This document shows, one piece after another, positions 19,689 through 29,567 of a stretch of 64,000 nt of DNA (positions are counted from its first letter, which is position 1; the number at the start of each line of letters is the position of its first letter). Made by a program: the position numbers and the translations under genes. The stretch is from a virus (Duplodnaviria; Caudoviricetes), in the IMG/VR virus record IMGVR_UViG_2508501111_000003, positions 14,762 to 78,761 of that record; one strand, given 5' to 3'. The notes beneath the pieces were generated by a model. It was not told the origin of the DNA and did not search any database. It saw only the letters and a program-made list of their open reading frames with translations.

Positions 19689-20411
19689 TTAATTAGGATA
19701 ATACTTTATTAAATCTTGCATGTTCGTTATTAATACAAATAAATTGGTTGAAAATCCGATAAATTGAAAAACCAAATTTAACCATATTAGTAAGTTTTTT
19801 TTGCGCCTTAAGTTCTCTATAATGAGTAAAGGAGCATAAGCTACAACAGAAAATGTTATAAATATCAAGAAAACTACTGAGGATATAGATTTTTTCGGTA
19901 TAGTTGTATCTTTTATGTTATTTATTCCAATTATTCGTGATGATATATTTATATTTGATTGATTATTTATTAATATCTTAATTGTAATCTTATCCTCTGG
20001 GTTTAGTAATACAGGATCTAGTGTGATTCTTTTATTTGTTACGGATAAGGGTATTGTGAGATTTTCAGGGGAAACATCAACTATATTAGCAGAGAGGATT
20101 TGTTCTTGATTATCAATTTCTATAGTAATTGGCATTTCATAATCAGATTTTATGATTGGAATATCACCATCATTAGTTATTTCTAAGAGAATGAGCCTTA
20201 CATCTTCTACGGGAGTACCATCAAATGTAATCTGTATTTTCTCTTTGGCTTCTTCATTAATACTAACGATTTGACTACTTGATATGATTGCATAACTGAG
20301 ACTCTTCACGTCTTTATCAATACCACTCCATACTATTGGAACTACCATACTAAGTGCAGCAAGAATTAATCCGATAGTACCTTGAAGGTTGCTTTGTTTT
20401 TCTTCTGTCAT
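19689..20411 (-). CDS. Membrane protein with a beta-rich extracytoplasmic domain
   Basis: N-terminal TM plus two C-terminal TM; AT-rich. Confidence 0.75.
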   Translation of the reverse strand: MTEEKQSNLQGTIGLILAALSMVVPIVWSGIDKDVKSLSYAIISSSQIVSINEEAKEKIQITFDGTPVEDVRLILLEITNDGDIPIIKSDYEMPITIEIDNQEQILSANIVDVSPENLTIPLSVTNKRITLDPVLLNPEDKITIKILINNQSNINISSRIIGINNIKDTTIPKKSISSVVFLIFITFSVVAYAPLLIIENLRRKKNLLIWLNLVFQFIGFSTNLFVLITNMQDLIKYYPN

Positions 20412-20660
20412 TTGGTATCCCCTCTGATTAATTAATTTGATTCTGGTGTTTTTTACAATAACTCTCAATAATGACCTATCAAAGAATTGTAAGGATTATA
20501 ATAGTTTCTCCTTTTGACTTCAAGCAATATACTATAGTATACCCAGTCAAAACCTTAAAAAATGGGAATATAGTTATGTAAATCATTCATTGAGGACGGC
20601 ATCAATACTCTTTATGCAACAGAGCCGCTCTAGTCGATGATGACTAGAGCGGCTCTTCAT

Positions 20661-20978
20661 CTAATTACCTGATTCTTCTCGTACTCGTGCAGCGATATAA
20701 TTAAACTTGGTAACCGCTTCGTAATAAGGCAAGAACGGGTGAAGTACAGGGTTGAGTTTACTGCCCTGTTTCGGGTTGAATTGAACACACCATGCTTGAT
20801 TCGCCGGAATATAAAAGGCAAGGAGATCACCATTAAACTCTAACAATGGTGGGGTTGGCGTTGAAACAAGTTTCAAGTTTTCTTCAAGGTTTGCGATTGC
20901 ATCATGGATGTTATCGATTGCAATCCTGCCTGCTTGAATGTCCACAATGTGTTGCTTGGCGTACTCTTCAAAAGTCAT
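20661..20978 (-). CDS. Hypothetical protein
   Basis: AAGGAG RBS, 105 aa. Confidence 0.7.
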   Translation of the reverse strand: MTFEEYAKQHIVDIQAGRIAIDNIHDAIANLEENLKLVSTPTPPLLEFNGDLLAFYIPANQAWCVQFNPKQGSKLNPVLHPFLPYYEAVTKFNYIAARVREESGN

Positions 20979-21477
20979 AACAGCTCCTTTGTTGGATTAT
21001 GACTATACCAGAGTATCACACAGAATTATAGTGAGCATACAATTCAGCTTGACGTGCATGATAGGATAAATCATCGCTTATTGATCCTGCTTCATTAATG
21101 GAGGTAGTTATGGGCAACAAGGCTTATGATCGAGCCAGAGGTTATTCTGATGCCATAAATAACAATACCACCGTTTCTTTCGTTGGATCACGCGAGTATT
21201 ATGAAGGCTTCAAGGTAGGTATGTAAGGATAATAGCTTAAGTTCTACTTCATCATCCTCAGAGTCTTCTCCCTACATAGACATGAGAAGTGAATCATCAT
21301 ATCAATAAAGCGACTCAGGTATAAAGGGGAGCCGTCGATCGTACAGACCGCTGCGATCCGGTGGTGGTTAGTCAATGAGCCAACGATCAACGCATCAGAG
21401 ATCGCCCGGCGGCTGGGCGCGAATAAGAAAAATAGATTGCGCTGGGTTCGGGAGATTAATGTACAGGAAGAAAAATA

Positions 21478-22083
21478 ATGGAAGCTTTTTTACTATCGTT
21501 TGGCAAAGAAATTATAGCCCTCGTCTCGATAGCCCTTGGAATGTCAGCATCATTCTATGGGCAAAGTATCGTAAAAAAAGAGATTGAAATCAAAAAAAAT
21601 CAAATTCAAGAGGCTGATAAAAAAGCTGAAAAAGATCCAGAAAAAATAAAACCTTCGTGGGATGCTGCACGCACCCGACTAGAATTATATTTTGATATGA
21701 ATATTCGACAAGTTAATTTTATTTTCTGGTTGAGTGTTACAGTCATGATCCTTGGATTTGGTATTGTCATTTTTGGAATAACCCAAGCTATGACTTCAGA
21801 GGCAACTTTACCCGCCATTATTGCCAGCTCCGCTGGAATTATTATGGAGATTATTGGCGCTACCTTTATGGTGATGTATAAATCAACGATGGAGCATGCT
21901 GGAAGTTATACAAAAACCCTAGAGCGGATGAACTCTGTAGGGATGGCAATGCAGATCTTGGATACGATGCCCGATGATCCCGATCAGGGAGCACTCAAAA
22001 ACACGACTAAAACAGAGGTAATTAAAATATTAATGCAACAGGCACATACGCCAGAGGAGCAAGCAACGTCGAAACAGCCATAA
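21478..22083 (+). CDS. TRADD-N-associated-type 2-TM membrane domain protein
   Basis: YFDxNxxQxxxxFWxS...LGFxIV...SxAGIIxEIIGATF pattern resembles the CyanoTRADDas_TM domain. Confidence 0.6.
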   Translation: MEAFLLSFGKEIIALVSIALGMSASFYGQSIVKKEIEIKKNQIQEADKKAEKDPEKIKPSWDAARTRLELYFDMNIRQVNFIFWLSVTVMILGFGIVIFGITQAMTSEATLPAIIASSAGIIMEIIGATFMVMYKSTMEHAGSYTKTLERMNSVGMAMQILDTMPDDPDQGALKNTTKTEVIKILMQQAHTPEEQATSKQP

Positions 22084-22110
22084 ACCGATGATATAAGCAA
22101 GGAGACCTTT

Positions 22111-22629
22111 ATGAGTGACGATAATCAATATAGCGATATTCCACATGCGGCCTTACGTTCCTATATTGAACAAAAGGGTTGGGTTCGCAGGTATCCAAAT
22201 CTAACAGGTGGCAAACCGATAGGGTATGTTTACTTTGACGATCGATATATCGATGCAAATATCTTGAAATTTGTCGAGCCTCTTAATCTAGCAAATGCTA
22301 TCCATTTTGCTCCAAAAGTACCAAAACAAGTTGAACAATTCATACCCAATAATCCAATGGGTTCTCTGCGTTTAAATATTCAAAATACCATCTTTTATTT
22401 TGTAATACCGAAGCAAGAACTTGAAGATTTATTCAACAAATCGGGCATGTCTGTGGCAGAGGTTATTAAATCGCACAATGAAGAAAAAATTAGAGAGATG
22501 GGAATTATATATAGTGACCATCAAGGAGTGCTTGATAGTGCTATTGGTAAGCATGTTGTTATTCCTAAGGGTGGAGGGTTTGTTGATCTAGATGGCTCCG
22601 AAATACATCTGCCTACAGTTATTCGCTAA
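22111..22629 (+). CDS. Hypothetical protein
   Basis: AAGGAG RBS, 27 bp after the previous gene. Confidence 0.7.
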   Translation: MSDDNQYSDIPHAALRSYIEQKGWVRRYPNLTGGKPIGYVYFDDRYIDANILKFVEPLNLANAIHFAPKVPKQVEQFIPNNPMGSLRLNIQNTIFYFVIPKQELEDLFNKSGMSVAEVIKSHNEEKIREMGIIYSDHQGVLDSAIGKHVVIPKGGGFVDLDGSEIHLPTVIR

Positions 22630-23071
22630 AACTAAAATCCCAGTCAATAAATATTGGCTGGGATTTTCTTTCACTGAAACTACTTCAAATTTTCGCGCCG
22701 TGCCTCATAGCACGCTAACCGTGGGCCACGTGCTTCGGGTGATACGCGTAACTCACCACTGGCAGCATCATAGCTAGTTACGGCTTATATGACTGGCCAT
22801 TAGACCTGTTGATTATTGATTATATTATCCGCAGTTTTCAAAGCATGCTTCTTTGGTTATAAGCCCTTCCAAGAACTCTGTTAATTAGTACTATGGTACG
22901 TAGTTATAGAACATATGTGATAGCTATTAGCTGTTAGGAAATTATTCTTATACTGGAGTATAACATCTGTCGGGGTATAAGGGGAAGAGCTGCATCTATT
23001 AATTAACTATCTGTACTTCTATGATAGGTCTCATATTCTTATAGTTCCACCATACTACATGTGAGGCCGCT

Positions 23072-25849
23072 ATGCAACCTCTTGAGTTTGTGCGAAAATG
23101 GCGAGGTATTCAGGTCAACGAACGACGTGCATATTATGAGCATTTTACCGACCTCTGTTCTTTAGTTGGTGCTAAAACCCCGCTTGAGGAAGATCCCACA
23201 GGAACATTTTATACCTTTGAGGCCGGTGTTACAAAACTCAATGGTGGAAAAGGATGGGCTGATGTTTGGAAAAAAGGGTACTTTGCAATTGAATATAAAG
23301 GCAAGCATGGGAATCTTAACCGCGCTTATGATCAACTTCTCCAATATCGTGAGGCTCTATTAAATCCTCCACTCCTAATCGTCTCCGATCTTGACAGTCT
23401 CGTTATTCATACAAACTTTACCAATACAGTCAAAAAGGTAACAACACTTACTTTAGATGAAACATTAACAAGAAATGGCCTTGATACAATTCGAAGTATT
23501 TTTTATGCTCCTGATACCTTTCGATCTCCAGTCACACCAGAGCGGGTAACCGAAGAAGTTGCTGCAAAGTTCGCCCGCTTAGCCCAGCTTATTACCCGCT
23601 ATGAAAAACACACTTCTCCGCAAGAAATTGCACATTTTTTAACACGATTATTATTTTGTTTATTTGCAGAAGATGTCAATTTACTTCCAAAGGATATCTT
23701 CTCTCGTTTAGTGACTCAAACACGTGGGAAATCCTCTGCGTTTGCAGCCCAACTCAGCCAGCTTTTCAATGTCATGACTACAGGAGGATGGTTCGGCATT
23801 GAGGAGATACGGCATTTTAACGGGTCGCTCTTTGATAATGCAACGGTTTTACCCATGGATAGTGAAGCACTTGATATTCTAGTGGATATCTGCTCCTATG
23901 ATTGGTCATCGATTGAACCAGCAATTTTTGGAACTCTGTTTGAACGTTCACTCGATCCGGCGAAACGGAAGCAACTGGGTGCACACTATACCAGTAAAGA
24001 TGATATTTTACTGTTAGTCGAACCAGTTGTTATTCAACCTTTAAGGGAAGAATGGAGTAAGCAAGAACAGGTTATCGAGGGATTAGTTACCCAGCGTAAT
24101 GAAACAGTGGGTAATGATGTAACCAAAATTAATCGGCAAATTGAATTCCATATCAATACCTTCTTGCATAAACTGAGATCAATAAAAGTCCTTGATCCTG
24201 CCTGTGGAAGCGGCAATTTTCTCTATATCGCATTAAAATTGTTGCTCGATTTGGAAAAGGATGTTATTCGTTTTGGTGCTGATGCAGGCTTGCCGTTACA
24301 AATCCCACAGGTCAATCCAGAGCAATTTCTTGGGATGGAAGTTAATGCTTATGCTCATGAGTTAGCTCAAATTACGATTTGGATTGGCTATATTCAGTGG
24401 ATGAAAGAAAATGGATTCGGAAATTTATCGGAACCTATCTTGAAGTCCCTCAAAACAATTCATCGTATGGATGCGATTTTAGCTTTTGATGCTGACGGGA
24501 ATAGCATTGAGCCTGCCTGGCCTCAGGCGGATTACATTATTGGGAATCCACCGTTTTTGGGTGGCAATAAGATTCGGCAAGAGCTGGGTGATGGCTATGT
24601 TGACGCATTGTTTAGCCGTTATGCGGATCGTGTTCCTGCATTTGCTGATCTGGTGTGTTACTGGTTTGAAAAGGCTCGCGCAATGATTGGCAGTGACATA
24701 ACTCGACGAGCTGGTTTTATTGCAACCAATTCAATTCGGGGTGGGTCGAATCGAAAAGTTTTAGAGCGTATCAAAACGTCTGGTGATATTTTTATGGGTT
24801 GGTCAGATCGCCCGTGGATTCTTAATGGAGCGGCAGTACGGGTGTCAATGGTGGGATTCGATAAAGGCGAAGAAATAATACATAGTTTGAATGGGATGAT
24901 AGTTCAATCCATTAATGCAAACCTAACCCAAGACATTGATACAACTAAGGCTTTAATCCTTCCTGAAAATAAAAATATTATTTTTGGAGGAACAAAGAAA
25001 GGTGGAAAATTTGATATTACACAAGGTATATATGATGTATTGATGCAGAGTCAAAATAATCCCCATGGCCGTCCCAATAGCGATGTAATTAAGCCATGGG
25101 TCAATGGACAAGCGTTATTAGGAAAGGGAGAAAAACGATGGGTTATTGATTTTGGCGTAGATATGTCTCTGGAGGATGCAAGTCAGTATGAAAAAATATT
25201 TGAGTATATCAAAAAAGAAGTTTATCCTATTCGTATAAATAATAGGATGGAGAGCAGAAGCAAGCATTGGTGGCTTCATTCTTTTACAGCCCCATCAATG
25301 CGGCATGCAGTCGCCACTATCTCAAGATATATCGCTACGCCTCGGGTATCAAAATACCGACTTTTTGTATGGGTTGATAGCAACACAATCCCAGATGATG
25401 GGACATATATTGTTGCCCGCGACGATGACTATTTTATGGGTGTGTTGCATTCAAAAATCCATGAGTTATGGGCATTGCGGCAAGGAACATTTCTTGGGGT
25501 TGGAAACGATCCACGCTATACCCCAACCTCAACCTTTGAAACCTTTCCCTTCCCATGGCCACCAGCGAAGGAACCCAAGGATTCACCGCTGGTTAACGCC
25601 ATTGCCGAGGCAGCAAAAGAGTTAGTTGAGAAGCGGGATCGGTGGCTGAATCCGGCTGGAGCAACCGAGGCCGATTTGAAAAAGCGCACGTTGACCAATC
25701 TCTATAACGAGCGGCCAACGTGGCTCGATTTGGCGCACAAAAAGCTGGACAAAGCGGTGTTTGCGGCCTATGGGTGGCCGGATACCTTGACCGATGATGA
25801 AATCCTTGGCCCTTTGCTGGTCCTCAATCACGATCGGGCGGCAGGCTAG
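23072..25849 (+). CDS. MmeI-like Type IIG/IIL restriction-modification enzyme (REase-N6-MTase-TRD)
   Basis: ADVWKKGYFAIEYKG, LDPACGSGNFL, IGNPPF and LDKAVFAAYGW motifs. Confidence 0.88.
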   Translation: MQPLEFVRKWRGIQVNERRAYYEHFTDLCSLVGAKTPLEEDPTGTFYTFEAGVTKLNGGKGWADVWKKGYFAIEYKGKHGNLNRAYDQLLQYREALLNPPLLIVSDLDSLVIHTNFTNTVKKVTTLTLDETLTRNGLDTIRSIFYAPDTFRSPVTPERVTEEVAAKFARLAQLITRYEKHTSPQEIAHFLTRLLFCLFAEDVNLLPKDIFSRLVTQTRGKSSAFAAQLSQLFNVMTTGGWFGIEEIRHFNGSLFDNATVLPMDSEALDILVDICSYDWSSIEPAIFGTLFERSLDPAKRKQLGAHYTSKDDILLLVEPVVIQPLREEWSKQEQVIEGLVTQRNETVGNDVTKINRQIEFHINTFLHKLRSIKVLDPACGSGNFLYIALKLLLDLEKDVIRFGADAGLPLQIPQVNPEQFLGMEVNAYAHELAQITIWIGYIQWMKENGFGNLSEPILKSLKTIHRMDAILAFDADGNSIEPAWPQADYIIGNPPFLGGNKIRQELGDGYVDALFSRYADRVPAFADLVCYWFEKARAMIGSDITRRAGFIATNSIRGGSNRKVLERIKTSGDIFMGWSDRPWILNGAAVRVSMVGFDKGEEIIHSLNGMIVQSINANLTQDIDTTKALILPENKNIIFGGTKKGGKFDITQGIYDVLMQSQNNPHGRPNSDVIKPWVNGQALLGKGEKRWVIDFGVDMSLEDASQYEKIFEYIKKEVYPIRINNRMESRSKHWWLHSFTAPSMRHAVATISRYIATPRVSKYRLFVWVDSNTIPDDGTYIVARDDDYFMGVLHSKIHELWALRQGTFLGVGNDPRYTPTSTFETFPFPWPPAKEPKDSPLVNAIAEAAKELVEKRDRWLNPAGATEADLKKRTLTNLYNERPTWLDLAHKKLDKAVFAAYGWPDTLTDDEILGPLLVLNHDRAAG

Positions 25850-26084
25850 GCGGGGAATGGTGGGGGGCGTGCGCGTTTATCAAGCAGCACGCTCCGGCTT
25901 GGTAGCAGTGCGGGTTTTACTTTTGTCCACTATCCCTCAAGATGCTGGAATTTTATCGCTAAAACACCACGACCCTGATTCGGGCTGTGCTATCAACCGA
26001 CCAGGGTCGTGGTGTGAATTGTCATTTTGCTCGTGAGCCTGCGCAGTATCCTACGAGCGATTGCAGTATATCATAGCGACTTTG

Positions 26085-26150
26085 GGGCTTACAAGAGCCG
26101 CCGATTGGCACTGTCAAGGCTGATCGGTGGCTTTCACCCAACTTGCGCTA
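26085..26150 (-). repeat. Hairpin element, copy of 7399-7464
   Basis: Alignment by eye. Confidence 0.8.
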
Positions 26151-26192
26151 CGAGGGCGCACACGGTTGCTTAAGCAGCTTGAGTGTCATAGG

Positions 26193-27143
26193 CTAGTCAA
26201 CGAATTGGTTTTCGGATGTCTTACTCCGAATGATGCCTGCAAACAATAAGAGCGCTTCACGAAACTTGTCATGCTCGACTACAACGAGCTTGTGTAATCC
26301 GTCTAATGTGTGCGGTTGATTCGCGGATGTTGATATGGCTCCTATGGGTCGTGGCGATAACTCATGTATCAAGGCATTTCGCAATACTTTCAGTTCACTG
26401 GTCTTGCCTATATAAGCTATGCGTATCTTATTGAACGCGTCAAAAAAATAGCATTGGTTATCATTCCCTTTAATCTTTGTAGGGATACTTTCATCAAATA
26501 ATGTTTTCCATTCACTATCTTTTTTAGGAGGTATCAGACCAAAGTATGCGGGAAGCGCATATTTTGTAAGTCGCTCCCAGGATGATGTGATTCTTATAAT
26601 ACAGTTTTCTAGATACGTCCATGCTCGTAATATGCCAATATTAACTTGGCTCATACTGATTATATTTACATTGGCCCCTAATTTCTTTCTTCGGTTTTTA
26701 TACCTCTGCAAATCTGATAGATTCAAAAAATCATAAACACCTATATCTACCCACTGATTAAATAATGTATCAATCTGGGTTTCTGGGTACAAAAATCGCC
26801 CAAATCCCTCAAGGTTACAATTGATAAGCATAAACTGGCTGTCTATTTCCAGAGCTATTCCAACGGTTTTAATACGGTTTTTCATTTCATCATCAAATAC
26901 GTGCCATGCACTAGGCCAAGACTTTTGGTATGTTATTGATTTGCGGATAACCTTATTGTTGCCATCGAGCTTGGCCGGAAGCCCATAAAGATAGAGGGCA
27001 TGGAGGTTTCTTAAATTTGCACGAATGCTCTCTGGTATGTCGATCACTGACTCTTCTTGTTTATGAGTTTCATGAGAGGTTTTCGTCCATCGTACTCCTA
27101 TACCCATTACGGATTCATTTTCGTTGATATTGAGATCTTCCAT
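26193..27143 (-). CDS. Putative HEPN-domain RNase
   Basis: LRNALIH (RxxxxH) motif in a helical C-terminal region. Confidence 0.6.
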   Translation of the reverse strand: MEDLNINENESVMGIGVRWTKTSHETHKQEESVIDIPESIRANLRNLHALYLYGLPAKLDGNNKVIRKSITYQKSWPSAWHVFDDEMKNRIKTVGIALEIDSQFMLINCNLEGFGRFLYPETQIDTLFNQWVDIGVYDFLNLSDLQRYKNRRKKLGANVNIISMSQVNIGILRAWTYLENCIIRITSSWERLTKYALPAYFGLIPPKKDSEWKTLFDESIPTKIKGNDNQCYFFDAFNKIRIAYIGKTSELKVLRNALIHELSPRPIGAISTSANQPHTLDGLHKLVVVEHDKFREALLLFAGIIRSKTSENQFVD

Positions 27144-27449
27144 GATGCCCTCCCAGCATTATCCTGTCAGAACAACAATGCGGCGTTAATGATAAATATA
27201 TGACATCTTCGCTTGACCTACTAGGCTGCATGAACCAATACATGCCGTTTAATACTCTATTAAGAGTGTTGGTACACTCAAATGGCCGCTAGGCCGCTCT
27301 GGCAGTGGTGCGAGGGGTGTTTGTGGTAGTGCAGTCGTAGTGAAGCTGTAGTGCAATGGTAGTGAAACGGTAGTGCAGTGCGATTGAGGGATTGACCAAA
27401 CGGCTGTGGCATGATTGAATTGTGGGGAAACATTTTGTTGGGGGTGGCT

Positions 27450-27779
27450 ATGACAAGGTACGAGCAACCTTTATTCCAGCTTCGAGACGGGGTAGGCCGT
27501 TTATGCTCTAGTGGTTCACTAGATGAGCGACTGGACGGTGCTTACGGGCATTTTGCCGCAACGTCCCTTTTCTTTACTGCAATAGATGATACAGCAATCG
27601 ACACATTAGTTGCGGTGCGCGATGTCTATTCCCGTTTAGTGGAAGCATTTGCTGTTCATGGCGGGCGAGGTGGGTCTGACCATGAATCTATAAAAGGCGA
27701 TTTAACACCAGCAGGTTTTGATACAATCGCGCAGTTATATCTAACTCTTTATGATACACTACGAGGCCAAGACCTCTAA
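27450..27779 (+). CDS. Hypothetical protein, paralog of 4206-4508
   Basis: Motif similarity; equivalent position, antisense and downstream of the tail operon. Confidence 0.7.
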   Translation: MTRYEQPLFQLRDGVGRLCSSGSLDERLDGAYGHFAATSLFFTAIDDTAIDTLVAVRDVYSRLVEAFAVHGGRGGSDHESIKGDLTPAGFDTIAQLYLTLYDTLRGQDL

Positions 27780-27878
27780 ACGACAAAACGACGGTCGCCG
27801 GAGCGCACACGCCGTTTTGTGGAAGCATCACTTCATATCAAGGAGTACTTGGTACTACCCCAAGTGCTCCCTTCTTTA

Positions 27879-29558
27879 TTAGCCCTGCGCCAGCCAGAGA
27901 TCGAGTTGCTTGATCGGTGCTTCGGGCGTAACACTCACCTCACCTGTCACGAGATTAACCGAGGTTTCCGCCAGTGTATAACTGCGTTTGTTGATCGCAC
28001 CGGATAAATCGCCGATGGTGATCACGTCGCCCCGACTGAGCAGGTCAAGCGGCTCTCTTACGTTGTACTCATTGCGCACGGCGCGGACACCCAAGCTGGC
28101 GCGAACGGTCGGTGCAGCATCGGTTAGGGCTACACTGCGCAACGTGGCCGCTTCGGTCGCGTCGGTGGTTTCGCTGGCAATGGTGCGCTGGCGGACAATG
28201 CCTAAGGCATAGCGCTCGCTGGCGTTTTCCGCAAACGCGGTATAGAGTGGCTGGTTACTCGCGTTTTTGTAGGCAAAACGTACCTGATTGGTTGCCTCGC
28301 CCAGTGCTTTCTCTAACTCAATCGAGCCATCGACCAAGGCGAAGGTGCGGCCCACTTCTTTAGGGCCAAAGTACAGATATTGGGCATCGTCAACATAGGT
28401 GACATACTGCGCCTGATCAGCCAACTCCTGCACCACGCTTAAGCCCGATGCAGCCGACCATACGGCTTCCAAACAATCGCGACTACTCTTGCTGATCCGC
28501 GCACTGCTCTGCTTGATCCCGCTACCCGGGTTGGTTGTGAGGTTGCGGCTTAAGACATCCTCCACAATCTCTTTGTCCGTGACCACAATCCCGCGCACCG
28601 TGCTGCCCAGAACGTGGGTCTTGGTGAAGGCGGCTTGGAATTGGGTCGCGGTGACGGCCAAGACTACGACGCTCTCACTATTCGCGCCGCCGCTTTCGAT
28701 GGTCAGGCGTTGGCCAACCGCGATATTGGCGGTACTCGCCACGGTCACAAAGGCTGTGCCGATGGCAATCGCGCCGCTGGTCGTGGTGTTCACCATATTG
28801 GTGGTGACGGTGGCCACGCGGAGGTTGCTGATCTTCAGGTAATCATCGCCTGTTTCGCCAATATAGGTTGCCAGCGCCGCGTTGTAATACATCGCAACAC
28901 TAACCAAGGGCCGCGCCGCGAAGGTGAAGCACATGGAGCCAGTTTGGGCCGTGCCGTTGCCGAGGGCAATCGTGGTGGCTCCGGTTTGGCTGCTGTAGTC
29001 GCGCTCGGCAGCGAGGAAGGTCGCCAGCCAATTGGTTGGGCCTTTGAACCGCCAATCGAACTGAATCACCTGAAAGCCGGTAGTGTTCAGATTCGCCGGA
29101 ATGAACATGGATTGACGGCCAATCCCCTTGGCGTTCGAGAATTGTTCGTTTTTGCGCGGAGACAGGCTGATCGTGCTATCGTCGTGGCGCATCTCCCAGC
29201 GCTCGGGCGTGGACGAGGCGGTTTCTACGGGCAACCAGCCATCGAGCTTGGTGACTGACCACCAGCCATCGTACTCCAAGTCATCGAGCGTGACGATCAG
29301 ATTGTGGCATTCAATCGCCAAGCCCTGATCAATCAAGCGCAGGGTTACGGTGCGATAGCGCAAAACCTTGCCATCGTTGCGTTGCACCACAGCGGTCAAT
29401 AATCGCGCTTGGGCATACAGCGTTTTGGCGATGAACGGCGCAAGGCGCACACTGGCGGTTAGGCCATTGGTGCTCAAGGTTGCGTCCGTGACCTGGCGAT
29501 CAAACCGTGCCAGTTGCACATTGGTGAAGGGATCATAAAGCGAAATCGCGTACTGCAT
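27879..29558 (-). CDS. Phage minor tail/baseplate hub-like protein, unit B
   Basis: 559 aa, last gene of the late operon. Confidence 0.75.
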   Translation of the reverse strand: MQYAISLYDPFTNVQLARFDRQVTDATLSTNGLTASVRLAPFIAKTLYAQARLLTAVVQRNDGKVLRYRTVTLRLIDQGLAIECHNLIVTLDDLEYDGWWSVTKLDGWLPVETASSTPERWEMRHDDSTISLSPRKNEQFSNAKGIGRQSMFIPANLNTTGFQVIQFDWRFKGPTNWLATFLAAERDYSSQTGATTIALGNGTAQTGSMCFTFAARPLVSVAMYYNAALATYIGETGDDYLKISNLRVATVTTNMVNTTTSGAIAIGTAFVTVASTANIAVGQRLTIESGGANSESVVVLAVTATQFQAAFTKTHVLGSTVRGIVVTDKEIVEDVLSRNLTTNPGSGIKQSSARISKSSRDCLEAVWSAASGLSVVQELADQAQYVTYVDDAQYLYFGPKEVGRTFALVDGSIELEKALGEATNQVRFAYKNASNQPLYTAFAENASERYALGIVRQRTIASETTDATEAATLRSVALTDAAPTVRASLGVRAVRNEYNVREPLDLLSRGDVITIGDLSGAINKRSYTLAETSVNLVTGEVSVTPEAPIKQLDLWLAQG

Positions 29559-29567
29559 TGACCCCTC

